Assembly: GCA_012295275.1 (NCBI GenBank) | Contig: CM022676.1 | Span: 14,570,001 to 14,634,000 of the forward strand | Source of the DNA: Chrysomallon squamiferum | Lineage: Eukaryota > Animalia > Mollusca | DNA length: 64,000 bases | Reading direction: 5' to 3' | In this document: piece by piece, positions 1 through 16,454 of the stretch | How positions within the stretch are numbered: position 1 is the stretch's first letter | Layout of the letters: every line of letters begins with the position of its first letter | Program-made: the position numbers and the translations under genes | Notes under the pieces: model-generated | What the model was told of the DNA's origin: nothing | Seen by the model: only the letters and a program-made list of their open reading frames with translations | Database searches by the model: none

Positions 1-696
1 ATTCTATCCTTCCTTCCTTCTTTGATTTGTTTTATGCTTTTTGTCATTTCTTCATTCTTCCATTTCGCTTAACTTAACGTTCGTATTGGTATATCATCCG
101 TTCCAACCAGTGTATCAAATGTTATTGCATTTGCTTTCATCTGAAATGAGAAACATAAAAATCTTATCGCTGTTATAGTTGTAGATGTGACAAGCAAACT
201 GATCATTATAGTGCGAGATTTTTTAAAAGGCACGAAAAACTATAACGTAGAACCGGACTTGAAAAGTACATTGTCCAACAGCGTAGGGTTAAATACCACC
301 ACTTTTATGGAACCACTTTTAACGAGCCAATAAAAATGTAGTAATAATTTTAGCTCGTAGAATGTTATTATTTTTATTTAAGAGTCTGTTTGTTGGTAGT
401 AATTTTGTTGTTATTGTGTTTGTCTTTATCGTCGTTATTGAAATTATGTATCTTCTCATAATCTTCTTTAGATAATTTCACACGTTTTCTATTTATTTCT
501 ACACTTATGCGCAGACATTGTATTAACAATGAATTTGTGAGATCGTTGTAAGTAGCACCCAGCTATAGCCTTGTTCTCGATTGATACACTATTTTTAGCT
601 GTATCTTGATAGACTGGTCACGCGAGTATCGTCAGAGAAATAAGACATGCAGACGATAAAATTAAAAAAAAAGCTTTGTATGCTGTTTTGTTGTTG

Positions 697-744
<48 letters not shown>

Positions 745-1297
745 TATTGTATATGTGTGTGTTACATCCGATTGCTATATATATTAGTCCCTTAGAGAAA
801 CAAATACTGTTCGTAATATATAAATAAATACATTTGTTGCAGAAGTAATAATAATGATATTAGTGGTACTTGTAATGGTAGCAGTATTTGTAATAGTAGA
901 AAAGTAGAATAGTTTCAATAGTGGAAGTTGCAGCAGCAGTAGTTGTAGTTGTTGCAAGAGTATTATTAATAATAGTGTTGAACTAAATCCATTATTGTTG
1001 TTGTTCTCATCATCAGCTGATCCCGTACTTTTATCTATCTAATTACTTTATTTAATTTAATTTATTTATTAATATATTCATTTCATTTTATTTTATTGCA
1101 TTTTATTATGGTATTTATTTACTTGTACCAATCCGATTGATCAATAGTAAATTAGTTAAACAGAAAGTACTCGCTTCTAAGACATCATCGATTGCAGCTG
1201 GCACCGATATAGTTGTAAAGTAAGAATCACACTTATTATTCCTTTTTCTTTTAAATTATTATTGCTATTACTATTACTATTGTTGTTGTTGTTGTTG

Positions 1298-1338
<41 letters not shown>

Positions 1339-2683
1339 GTTGTTGTGGTTGTTGTTGCTGCTGGTATTGTTATTATTATATACATTTTATAATATCAGCT
1401 GAGTGTACATGTCTCGTAACACGATTTGTTTATTTTAATCCGATTTTCAAACCTAAGAAGTTACACTTGATGACGTGTTTATCAGTTGAGGATTCTGATA
1501 GCTAAAACTAAAAAAAGCAGAAGTGAAACAATTCGGCTGTATTAAAAGCGGATGATATTTTATGTTTTAACGATTCGATTATTTTTAAACTAATTATTTT
1601 TAGATATATCAGAGTTCTCTAACAAATAGGTCATTATAGCGTGAGGTGTTCTTTTATATTAACATGAAAAAAGTTACGTAAAGCCTGACATAAAATGTGT
1701 TTTCAGATAGCGAAATTGTATATACAATTTTAGTGTATGGAACTCAGGGTTACAAATCTTAATAATAATATTATCACATATACTGTATTATTTTCGATAT
1801 CCTTTTCATTTCGTTTATTGGAAATAATTCGGTTGTTGTTGTTGTGTTTGTATGTAGCGTCGTTATTGAAATTATATATCTTCTCACAATGTAGACATAC
1901 ACTTTGACATTTTTACGCACATATGAACACAATGCATCAACAGTGAATTCGTCACATCGTCCTAAATACAACAAGGACATAAACATTTTAACCTGTTCTT
2001 TAGAAGTTTTGTATATGCATTAGTACTAATAGTACCCTATTACAGCCCTTATTTAATAAGTTATTATTTATTGACGGCTTTTGCTATATATTAGCTATTT
2101 TATTTTTATATCGTTTATATCTGCGCTCTATAGTTAAGGTTAAACAGAAAGTATTCGCTTATCCGAAATTATCGATCAGAAAGTTTTGAGGTAGGTAGCC
2201 ATATTGAAATTACAAAGTATTTTATATTGTTTCCACTTTAGAAACATCGCATCTTGTTCCTTCACTTTTCTTATTTACTTACCTTTCTCTTACATAATGT
2301 TTCTTTTCACATGTGTCATTGACGGATAACTGTGTTGTCTTTCGAGGAGGAAAAGGGTATACATAACAATAAATACATTGCAATTTAAAAATAGTCTTTA
2401 CCTTAATGTGACCAGACATGTTTGTTCATAATAATAATGATCATGTTGTTGTCGACACCATTATAATCACTAGTACAAACCAAAATATATTTGTTTTATC
2501 TTTTATCGACTTGCTATATATTTAGCTATCCGTTTTGTTTTACTTTTATTTTTCCTTTTTTTTTTTTTTTTTTTTATTATTATTATGTTCTCTATAAGAA
2601 CTATTACAGTTCTATGTCTAAACAATTTGTTTTTCCTTTCATATTATTGTTTTTAGTGGCATTTCTATTTTATTGATACAATT

Positions 2684-2962
2684 ATGTCTGCAAATTCAAG
2701 TTGGCAAACAGGGAAGAATCTGATGCAATGCATTGAACACGTTTTTCTTACAAGAACTGACACGGACATCCGATTTTTTGTTGGGGAAGATAAAACGGCT
2801 GTCGATGCTCACCGATTCATACTCATCATTCGAAGCGAAGTTTTCCGTCAGATGTTGACTGGAGAACTTCGCGAACAACACAATATATGTGTTCCTGATG
2901 TGAAGGCAGAAATCTTCTCAGAGTTTTTAAAGTATGTTAAAACACGCACTCACACACACACA

Positions 2963-3004
<42 letters not shown>

Positions 3005-4242
3005 TGGAAATACACGTACGAACACAGTGAAGAAGAGAGACATACATGCAGACAGAAACGTTGATAACAATACAGTTTTTGTTAGTAATCTAATTATTTT
3101 CTAATTAATTAATCTGACCTAGTTATCTCACATTTTAAAGTCTTACTCTACTTCTTTTACACAGATATCTTTATACGGATGACGTCGTCCTAACAGGTGA
3201 CAACGTCACCGGTCTGCTATATCTATCGAGGAAGTACATCATCACAACACTTGAAGATGAATGCGCAAAATATTTGGAGTCGTCGTTGTCGTCACAGAAT
3301 GCGTGCGTCGTGCTGGAACAAGCTCACCTGTTTGATCAACATGATCTAAGGAAAAAAAGTCTGGACTACATTTTGAAAAATGGTGACGAAGTTTTGAAGT
3401 CAGATGAAGTCACCGATCTTTGTCACGAATGTCTGGTTGAGATCGTGCGATCAGACGAGCTGACTGCAGACGAGAAAAATGTTTTTGAAGCCGCTGTGAA
3501 GTGGGCTGACAGCGCGTGCAGGAACCAGAGAATGAACACGAGTGGAAGAAACAGACGTGAAGCACTGGGAGAGGTCGTGAAGCACGTGCGTTATCCATTA
3601 CTCGATCAGACGTATTTTGTAAAACACGTGACACCCACCCACATACTCACTGAGACAGAAGAGTTCAGAATTTCGAAACACTTGGTGAGCAGTGATGAAG
3701 ATGTTTCACCTTTTAACTCAAACAAGAGAACTGCAGAGCTTCCTAAAACACAGATTACAATAAACAGGTTTGGTACGTATGCTGGAGAATATGGTTTCTA
3801 CTGGTTATGTTCTGGTAAAGAAGATCACGCCATTACTTTCTCTGTCAACAAGAACGCTTTACTTCGCGGATTTCAGTTGTACGGTCACCGTCAACCACGA
3901 AACTACGACGTCAGAGCCTTCGTTACTGACACAAGAACAGACGAAATACTGGACGGGTCTACATTTACACAGAGATATGAACGCGTGTCTGACGTGTATG
4001 ACGTCGTGTTCAGACGTCCAGTGAAGATTACTAAAGACACTAAGTACAGCTTGTGTGTTAATATTGAGGGAGGAGACAGAGAGATGGGAGTCACAAGGTG
4101 TGGACGTGAAGGTGAATCAGAAATTGTTGTAGACTCTTTTGTTTGTAGATTTTCTAAGTCACACAAATCTAAACACAGTGACAGACAACTTCGTACATGT
4201 GTGACACGAGGACAAATACCTGCTTTGTTATTTTTAGTGTAA
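2684..4242 (+). CDS. BTB/POZ-BACK-PHR domain protein, copy 1 (BTBD1/2/3/6 family, putative Cullin-3 substrate adaptor), intact, 441 aa
   Basis: Exon 1 is 2684-2931 (WQTGK...DIRFFVG...AHRFILIIRSEVF...PDVKAEIFSEFL). Donor aa|gtatgt, acceptor ttacacag|a. Exon 2 is 3165-4242 and restores KYLYTDDVVLTGDNVTGLLYLSRKY in frame. It continues into the BACK domain (EKNVFEAAVKWA...VRYPLL) and the PHR domain (GFQLYG...FRRPVKI...GQIPALLF). No stops after splicing. Confidence 0.93.
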
Positions 4243-5134
4243 AAAACAACATCATTCAAATACTGTCACTTTTCGTCATCACTGCGATGATGTTTTTCTT
4301 TATTTCTTTATTTATTTGTTTGTCTGTTTATTTATTTATTTATGCTTGTTTACGTTTTGTATTTCTGATGAAGTCAGACAACAGTGATGACGTCATGCAC
4401 ACTTTATTTGAGATTTTTGATTTCTAATGGACTGATTTCTGTCAAACACGTGCATGAAGTATATAAACAGCTCATTTCGTATTGTTTTACTGTTATTAAC
4501 ATGACACTTCTCTTGCTCTTCATTCATTCATTATGTATTTATTATTTACTTATTTATTTATTTACTTAATTGTTTATTTATTCCTATGTTTTTCTTTACT
4601 TATTATCAACATCAAATCAATATGTCACAATAATAAGTAGATACTTTATTTGTGTTGTGATGTGTAACATTTAGTTTCATTGTGTGCACATATCAATGAG
4701 ACGGGATATACACACAAACACACAAACACACATATATGTATGTATATATATTATCGAGGTTGTTGTTACTATTCTTATTACAGTAAACTCATGTGTGTGT
4801 GTGTCATATATCTATGTGTTAATGTGTGTGTACGAATCTGTGTGTGAAAGGATTTGTATTGTAAACTTTTTAGAAAGATATCAGAATATTTATTTTTAAC
4901 ACTACAAACATCATATCTCTCTAATTATAGGTTACGAATTATTTGAAAACTGAAATGAAATTGAACATATATTAAAAATAAATAAAAATAAATAAATAAA
5001 TAAATAAATAAACAAACAAACAAACAAACAAACAAAGAAAGAAACAAACAAACAAACAAACAAACAAACAAACAAAAACCAAATAAAACAACATGTAGCA
5101 GAGATATATGGTTTGCTTAGTCATTCTAGAAATA

Positions 5135-7520
<2,386 letters not shown>

Positions 7521-8489
7521 AATGAAAAACGATACACAAATAACAATAATAATCAAAATATGTTTCGATGAATATTACATAAATATTTTATAAACATAAC
7601 CACTCAACAAGTAATGCAGCAAATAATAATGATAAGATGAAAAGGAAGATACAGAACACGTAAACAGGCTACCTCGTTCTCAAGATGAAATGATCTAAAT
7701 GTTTTGAGTCTTAATAAACAATGACGTCACGCTTCTTGTAATCACTATGCGCAGCTAAATGAACAAGATTATTATTAGTGTGTTAGTACCTAATTTAATT
7801 AACTCATTCAGATTTCTGCTTAAATACGAGCGGTGCACATTTTGTTTTCTTTTATTGAATTCATCGTAATGGCAGAGCGGCCTAAAAGAAATCGGCAACG
7901 TGTCAAATTTTCTAAAGCTAAGCTACTGTCACAGACATCACATTAAACATCACATTAAACATCTGTATAGAGACTGTGCTCATGTAATTATGTCACTTCT
8001 CATGAAAATTTAATTAATTTAATTTGTATACAAGTTTAGAAGAACTGTGTTTATTGTCAACTCTAATCTCAACAGTAAAACAAAGAATTTGAATGAAATA
8101 ACGGGAGTCCGCTGATTGACCGCAGAATTGTTTTCACGAGATCATTTGACAAACTTACACTTTGCCGTCGGTTAATAGTAAGTCGAACTTTGGTACAAAA
8201 ACGCGACGTTTTCGCTCATGTCCACCTCTCGCTTGATCCCTGGCAGTGCAGTTTAAAATATGAAAATACTACAGGGCTTATTATTATTTTTATTAATTTT
8301 AATTCAGCATCTCGCAGTGGTAATGGGAGGTCAAGTGCCACAAAACACCAAGTATCTATTACCAAAACAACAAAACATAGCTTTCAGTTTCACAAAACTG
8401 AGTTGAGATTCACAAGTACTCCAGAACAAAACAAACCAAACTCTTCACTGTAAGTATTCACTTAATTCATTTTGTTAAATTTGTAGTGA

Positions 8490-8820
8490 TGGGTAGACTG
8501 GTTCAGTGGTTAGAGTGCATGGTTAAAGTTTGTTGGGTTCTAGGGTCAGTCCTACGTGGAGGACTAATAAAGTTATCTACCAGAATAGCCACCGATCTCT
8601 GTCTGATATTGCTAAGATCATGGTATATGTTTTGTTTCCTGTGGAAAGATGTATATTAAAAACAGATTTTTAGTTTCTTGTTTAATAAGGGTGTCTGTTC
8701 ATTTTGCAGAAACAGGTTTATTTTTCATTAGCTGTATTATTGTATACCTTTTAAGATACAAAGAACTAGTAAAAACAAGCTGTGTATGTTGTTAAATAAA
8801 ATATTTCTTCTTTATTTCAT
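8490..8820 (+). mobile_element. Degenerate tRNA-derived SINE
   Basis: A-box-like head tggttcagtggttagagtgc, a core (tggtatatgt...cctgtggaaagatgtatattaaa) and a tail (gtgtatgttgttaaataaaatatttcttc) resembling a recalled gastropod SINE family. Confidence 0.5.
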
Positions 8821-11109
8821 ATTTAGTCTATTTTAGCAACATTTATATTTATCAATAATCAGGTTAAAATTAAGTATTTTTTTTAAATACTAAATTTTTT
8901 GATTCAGAATTTACATTTATATTTTGGCAAACCTTTTAGACTCTTTCAAAAAATATTTATTTTTAATTATTTATTTACTCTGAGTGTGTATGTTTATCAG
9001 TTTATCTGTATGCATTATTTTTGTCAACAAACATTCATTTCTATCAGTAAATGGTATTGATATGCATATAGCAGTAAATAATGCTAATAGTAATAATAGA
9101 AAAATGTAAGTAAATGATGTTTGTTTTTACTTTTTCAGACACATAGCACAAAACAGACAAGTGTTGTTACCTAAAGTTCAGAATGGGACACACACAGACA
9201 GCAGAACAGACAGAGAAGTTTCTAAAAAAAAAATGGTATGAAAAACACACACATTAACTTATCTGTTTAACTGTGAATTTACATTCTTCTCAGTTTTTGT
9301 GTTGCGTGTATTCTCAATACAGGGTAAGAAAAGCAGATTAGTGCAAGGAAAGTCTACAATAATAAGTGAAGTAATTGTAGTATACAAATATACTGATAAC
9401 TTAGAATACTTCATTATTTCCATACTTCCATTAGCATTATTTTATTCTTGTTTCTGCCGTCTACAATCATTATATTTCTTTTGTCTTATGATTTTATTCT
9501 TCTTCTTCTATTTATTTATTTATTTGTTATTCCTTTATTTCTAAATTTGTTTTCTACCATAACATTATTAATCGATACAAAAAGCTCTAACAGACTGAGT
9601 GTGTCAGCATTTTTACACTCCTTTACTCAGTCTTTGAGGTTTTACTTTTACATTTCTCATATTTTGTGATTATATAGATAAATTAAAATAAAAAATAAAA
9701 TGAAATGTTGGGTAAGTCATCCTTTACATACAAGCTTGTTAAAATATTGTTATACTTTATTATTAGGAAACGCTGGTACCAGAAGCATGGAATATATAAA
9801 ATACACTGGATCCATTATAGCATCACATGTATTCATTAAGTTCAACTTTTGTAAGTAAAATTAACCAGTTTTAACATCCATTAGTTTAAAGCATATTTAT
9901 CATTTCTTTATTTAGTCATTGACATGTGTTTTCATCAGCCAATCATATATATTAAATATCTATATTTTTAAAATTAACAAATTCTTGTTTTTGTTGTGTT
10001 TTTTTAGAATTGTTATCTTTATATTTGCTGTTGTTGTTGTTGTTGTTATTATTATTATTATTATTACTACTACTACTAATGTCTACATTTATTTTCATTA
10101 TTAATACATACAAAAAGCTCTAACATTTTACACTAATTTACTCAGTCTGTGATTCTTAGATTTTGTGATTATACAAACAAATTGAAATAAAAACTAAAAT
10201 AAAATTTCTTGATTTTAATCCTCTTCATCATCATCTGATTTATAATATCAGTTATTATTGCAGGGCTGTAATATTGTAAATGGTCTTTTCTGTCACATTT
10301 TATTTTTAATCTTTATTTGCAGGTAATGTTTTGGTTAAATTAGTTTGCTCTCTTGTTTACTAATTTTCGTGTTTTTAAATCACTGCTAATAATTATTTTT
10401 TAACAAAATTAAACAAGAAATATTGAAATCTGTTTTTTCTTAGATTTACGTGTTTAAGCTTTATTGATATGTATTATTACATGCATGCACAATCAAAACA
10501 CTATCTAGAGCATTTGATTAATCTGAAGAAATATTTCAAAGTTAAACACAATTTCTTTCTGTGAATTTTTATGTTAGTTTTTTTCGATAGCTAAAGCATT
10601 CATATAACTGTATTTTATTTTTTTTTTTTTGAGCAAATAAATATTAATTAAATGTGTTTGTTACTATTATTTTTATTTTAATAACTAATAACTGAATATT
10701 TAATCTCAATATCTTTTGATAAACAATACTTGTAATATCTTTTGTATGAAACATCTTTTCCATGTTGTTAATATTCTTCATGTGAAGAAAACGCGAACCG
10801 TTTCTATAAAAGGTACACTAAGTTGATGAGACATTGTAATGTTTTCATAAAGCGTCTCCAGCTTTACTGATCATTTTTGTACCATTTTAAAACATTTAGT
10901 AAAGTCAAAACAGTTGTTTAGAAAACAGTTTAACATTCTGATCATTACTGTTGTAACTCTATGTTGTTATTTTTTTTATTATTATTATTATTGATGTTGT
11001 TGTTTTTTTTGTTGTTTTTGTTATTATTTTAACAACATCGAAATTGACATAAGCAAAAATCATTAACAGAAAAAAAGGAAGGTCTACTTTATTTAGCAAC
11101 AAATGTATA

Positions 11110-11175
<66 letters not shown>

Positions 11176-12529
11176 TAGAAAACAAAAGATATTAGTCTAC
11201 ATAAAGTATTAGTTTCGAGTTCTCAAATTGATTTTTAAAAATATTCAAAAATTAAAAATGATTTTGTAAATAAATATATATTTTGTTTTAATCATGTGTT
11301 TTTCATTGTGGATCATATTGCTTCTCTGTTAGATTTCCTGAATATCTATAAATTTGGTTTGATATGTACATTAAGAAATTCATATCATTTCGTCAATTGT
11401 TCTTAGATTTTTCAAAATACTTTGTTTCAGTTCAGGTTTAATCTTCATTTTTAAAGCTGATTTTAAATATAGTAATGAAACATGTTATTTTAAATGTGAT
11501 AATGAAATATGATAACTAGAACGTCATAGTTTATAATAAGAAAATTTCAGCTTTATAATATAAATATGCCAATGGGATAATGTTAATTAAAATATGACAG
11601 TTATAGGATGCCTATTTAAATATACTAATTTAAAAATATTTGTATTCATTTAAATTTTTGTATATATCTAAAAATGATGAGATTAAAACAATCAAATATT
11701 TTCCGAACATTCAGATCTTTTAGTCATAGGATGTGAAATAAAGTCTATGAAGAACACGTGATATTTCAAATCACTGTTTGTCAGATATAGCTGCATGTTT
11801 TGTCAGATGGGTCTCGTAGAAAGAAATATTGCGATCATGATTAATTAGGCTGCATCAAAAATTGTCTTTTTTTATAAATGCATCCATAACTGATTTAATC
11901 CTATCAAAATGTGTTAGTGTCTTTCATGATGAATTTATGTTCTGTAGTGCTAAATGTTAAATTAACGAAAATTTCAAAGTAAAACTTGTGTAAAACTAAA
12001 GTGTATGGCTATTTCACTTTCACATTATTTGCATCCAAAATGGATGCATTATGAATATTGATAACTGCAGATTATACATAAAACAAATGAATTTTTAAAA
12101 GTATTTTAGTTATCAAGTTTGAAACTAAACCATAGAAACCTTTAAAACATATCTTTTTGAATCATTTTAGATCGATAATGATATTAAGCACATTTATAAA
12201 AAAAATATGTTATATATTAGATAGGTTGAGGAATATTACATTAGCTGGTTCAACAACGATCTGGTATATATAGGTATAAGTGCAAAAAAAAAAAAAATGT
12301 AATAGTAAAATTTAAATACATAAACACAAAGACAAACAAACAATAACAAAAGGACACAGTCTGGACAGAAATGTTATCCTCTCCTTTTGATCAGCTGAAC
12401 GAGTTGTATGAAGGAAAAGTTTCTTGTAACAACCCTGCACTCACGATGTTTACAGTTTTATGGTGTTGGACATACAGTTTACGTATAGAACTGTACAGTC
12501 CACGGCTTTGTCACAAAGCTGATTTGAAC

Positions 12530-13160
12530 GAGTTATACATTTTTATCATTATAACTGTTAGAAGTTATACAAATGTGTATACATACTTTTTGCGTTACTT
12601 CAGTGAGCCGTTAATGTAAACGTACGTGACATACATTGTTAGAAGTTAAAACCAATACACAACATTTGTTTATACATTTATCATTATTTTCATGAGAGAT
12701 TAATCCAGACGTATGTAACTAACAGACAATTGTCATTTTACTTGTATGAGAGGTTAAACCGAACATACGTGACCTGTATCTATGTTTACATTATTTCTGT
12801 CACAAACACAAACGTATAACACGTCTTCTATGAGAAATAAGTACAAACGTACCTGACTTACATATACGTGAGTTCTATGAGAAGTTAATATGAATTACAT
12901 AAATTTTCGTCACAACTAGTATAAGAACGTGAAACAAATATATGTGACTGACATATATTAATGAAATGACTTTTATGAGAAATTAATACAAATGTAAGTC
13001 ATTTACATATACTTTTAATTTAACCTCAGTTACAAGTTAACATAAAATAAGTGATTTGAACTTTTAAAATTACTTCTACGAAGTTAAAAGAAATATGCGA
13101 AATTACATATAATTTTATCATTACTTCCATAAGAGGCTAATTCAAACGAAGGTATGTTCA
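12530..13160. repeat. Highly degenerate ~55-bp tandem array
   Basis: Recurrent tacatatactttt...acttctatgagaagttaatacaaa..tacgtgactt motif. Confidence 0.6.
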
Positions 13161-13485
13161 TATATATATATGCGTGTCTTTGTGAATGTGTGTGTGTAAA
13201 AATAATCAAAATGAACTAACATTGTGCAGAATGAAACTGATCATTACTTTAAAAACTAAAAGATATAAAGAAATCAAAATTTCGGCCATAGACACACGCA
13301 ACCACAAGGATCACAACGTAATAGCAATTGTTGTAACGTTTAACATTTTTGATTATAATAAAACATTCAGCGTGCTTTCCTTCTTATATTTACCATTTGA
13401 AAGAAGAAAAGAAATCCAATTAAATAAGTAAGTAAATAAATAAAGATAACACAAGCAGTATTAGTAGTAGTAGTAGCAGAAGTTC

Positions 13486-13518
<33 letters not shown>

Positions 13519-14061
13519 CAATAAACTGTCCTTTCTGTTTTTTATCCCTTGGTCTCTACGTAACTCCTGTCTTATCCCCTGTTTATCTCCCCTATTTACT
13601 ACTAGTTATCTGCTATATTTTTAATCGGTTTAATCCCCATTACCTTCTTTTCTTCATAGACTGCCCTTTTAAGTCCTTATCTCCTATCCATTATCCTCTT
13701 TACTTCTTTCTTTCCTTCTTATCTGCGCTGCAATCTGATTGTAGTAAATAAACATGTATTCAGTCATGTACAGTGAAAACAGTGCCATGGCAACGATACC
13801 AGAATTGAAACTAACACATGCAACATGCGAGCTACGTATCCTATTGTTACTGTTGTTGTTGCTGCTGCTGCTTTTCTTGTGATGATGATCATCGTTACTG
13901 TAATTATAATGCAGACTTTGACACAACTAAGATTTTAAACTTGTTTACAAATCCAAATGTATTTGTCGATGAAAATATGAATAAACCGCTACTTAAATAA
14001 ATAAATACATAATTCAAAAACAAACTGGTGAAAACAAATTCTTTTTTAAAATACTTTCCAT

Positions 14062-14245
14062 TTGATGGTGGGTAGTCCTGGATGAAAAGTAAAAAAGGTG
14101 GTTGTGGTGCATCCTGGTGGTATAGGTGGGTATGCGTGGATACAGTCTCGAGATTGCACTAACCCGTCTCCAATGTTTGGTGGAATTCTCTGTCAAGGCA
14201 GACCCAGGAGAACTGTCACAAAACCATGTTACAAGGACTGTCCAA
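14062..14245 (+). pseudogene. Thrombospondin type-1 repeat pseudo-exon
   Basis: DGG*SW...GCGAS/GGIG...IQSRDCTNPSPMFGGILCQG...TKPCYKDCP. It has a stop, a frameshift, and both expected splice sites are altered (cat for cag, at for gt). Confidence 0.7.
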
Positions 14246-14364
14246 ATATTATCGTTATCATCATCTTCATTTAATTATTTTTTTGTATTGTTGATCATGC
14301 GTCTACGTCTTATCATTTTAGTCGTCATTTATTCATTTATTTATTTGTTTGTTTGTTTGTCGGT

Positions 14365-14465
<101 letters not shown>

Positions 14466-15086
14466 GTAGATAATGTTGACTTAGTACTGAAGTAAATTTC
14501 ATTATCTCCAGTGAAGAAAAGTGAGTCAACACAGTCCACTTTAATACTGACAAAACAGATTAGTAGGTCTCGTTTCGCTCATTCATGAGTTAATAACCAG
14601 TAAACTGGACACAGATACCAAATATTTCAATCTGTGTCGTACAAATACTCGAAGTTACAATATATAATACAGTTAATTCAAATGCAACTAAATGTTATTA
14701 GATTAAACAAATCACTTTACTAATTTCCGACGATGAATATTTTTACTGAATTAGTAGTATTAATATTAGCTGTGGTATAAGTAATACTAATACTATTAGT
14801 TATAGTAGTAGTTATGGTAGTCATGTTCGTATTAGTAGTAGTTGTAGTATTAGCAGCAATAGTAGTAGTTATTGCAGTAGTAATAATACTGATAGTAGTA
14901 ATAGTGGTAGTTGTAGTAGTAGCAGCAGTAAGAGAAATATTGGCAACTGTTGTAATACTCGCAGTAGTTGTAGCAATAACACAAGTGGTAGTGGTAGCAG
15001 TAGCAACAGAAGTATTATAACAGCTGTAGTAAAAGTAGCACTAGTAATAGTAGTTGTATTTTTTATTTGCATTTGTTTTATTATTA

Positions 15087-15158
<72 letters not shown>

Positions 15159-15221
15159 ATTATTTGAATTTATTTCAAATATATTAAATTGCGTTGAGCG
15201 ATTTAGTCAAATTTATCAATG

Positions 15222-15345
<124 letters not shown>

Positions 15346-15789
15346 CTCTTCTTCTTCTTCTTCTTCTTATTGTTATTATTTATTGTTTTTATTATTTTTG
15401 GGGGGTTTGTTGTTTAATTATTTGTTACTATTTTATAATACATTTCTTAAGATTTTTTTATATTTTTTTTGGTGGTTTTATTAGTTTTATTTATTTATTT
15501 GTTTGTTTGTTTGTGAAATAAGGAAAGTAAGGTTACCGAAAAGTAAGATGCAGTATATTCTCCGGATGAGTCAGAATAGAGAAAGGAAACAGGAACAAGA
15601 CCCTAAGGATAAAATAATTAATAAGAGTGCTACCCTGAATGAAGAACTTGAGGTTACATTCAGCCCGAATTGTAACCCTGCATTCTCTGAACAAGATATT
15701 TAAACAGTTCATATGAACAGAAAGTACTCATATAATATTTGATGTTCACTTACATCAGAATTAAGTCCACGAATAAGTCCACTGAATCA

Positions 15790-16450
15790 TTATATATACT
15801 ATCTACATATACTTTTATTATGAATTTCTATGAAGCGATAATATAAACTTACGAGACATATATACTTTTAACGTGACTTTCATGAACAGTTAACGTAAAC
15901 ATATGTGACTTACATGTATTTTGGCGTGACTTGAATGAGGAGTTAATACCACAGAACGTGACTTACATATACTTTCAATATTACTTCTGTGAAAAGCTAA
16001 TGCAAATATACGTGAATTTCACATAAGTTCAACATAAGTTCTATGAAAAGTTGATAAGCGGTAAATACAAGCCTACGTGACCTGCGCATATTTCAACGTG
16101 TTTTTATGAGCAGACACACACACATACACACATATGTAGATATATACACACACACATTACAAGAAATATACATGACTAACATATGTTTTTACATTCATTA
16201 CATAACATGTTAACACAAACGTAGGTGACTGAAGACACTTATAAACTTAATTCCATGGAATGTTTATTCAGATGTGCATGGCATACAAATATTTTTCAAC
16301 AGTACTGCTATGAAAGATGAATGTAAATGTACCTGATTTAGATACAGTTTTAATATTATTTTCATAACACGTTAATACCATGTGTCTAAATTACATACAT
16401 TTTAAACATTACTTCTGTCAAATAAAATAAAATGTAACTTAAAATTATGT
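15790..16450. repeat. Second degenerate ~55-bp tandem array of the same family
   Basis: Same motif as 12530-13160. Both arrays are preceded by aaccctgca. Confidence 0.6.
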
Positions 16451-16454
16451 TTAT

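Noticed and set aside
3410-4259. Antisense or alternate-frame ORFs over the BTB genes (also 27514-28340, 53627-54439)
   Set aside because: Shadow ORFs, repeated only because the sense gene is duplicated.
8308-9236. Exon-like blocks 8308-8449 and ~9139-9234
   Set aside because: The splice-like boundaries are there, but there is no recognisable protein or consistent frame, so they cannot be supported.
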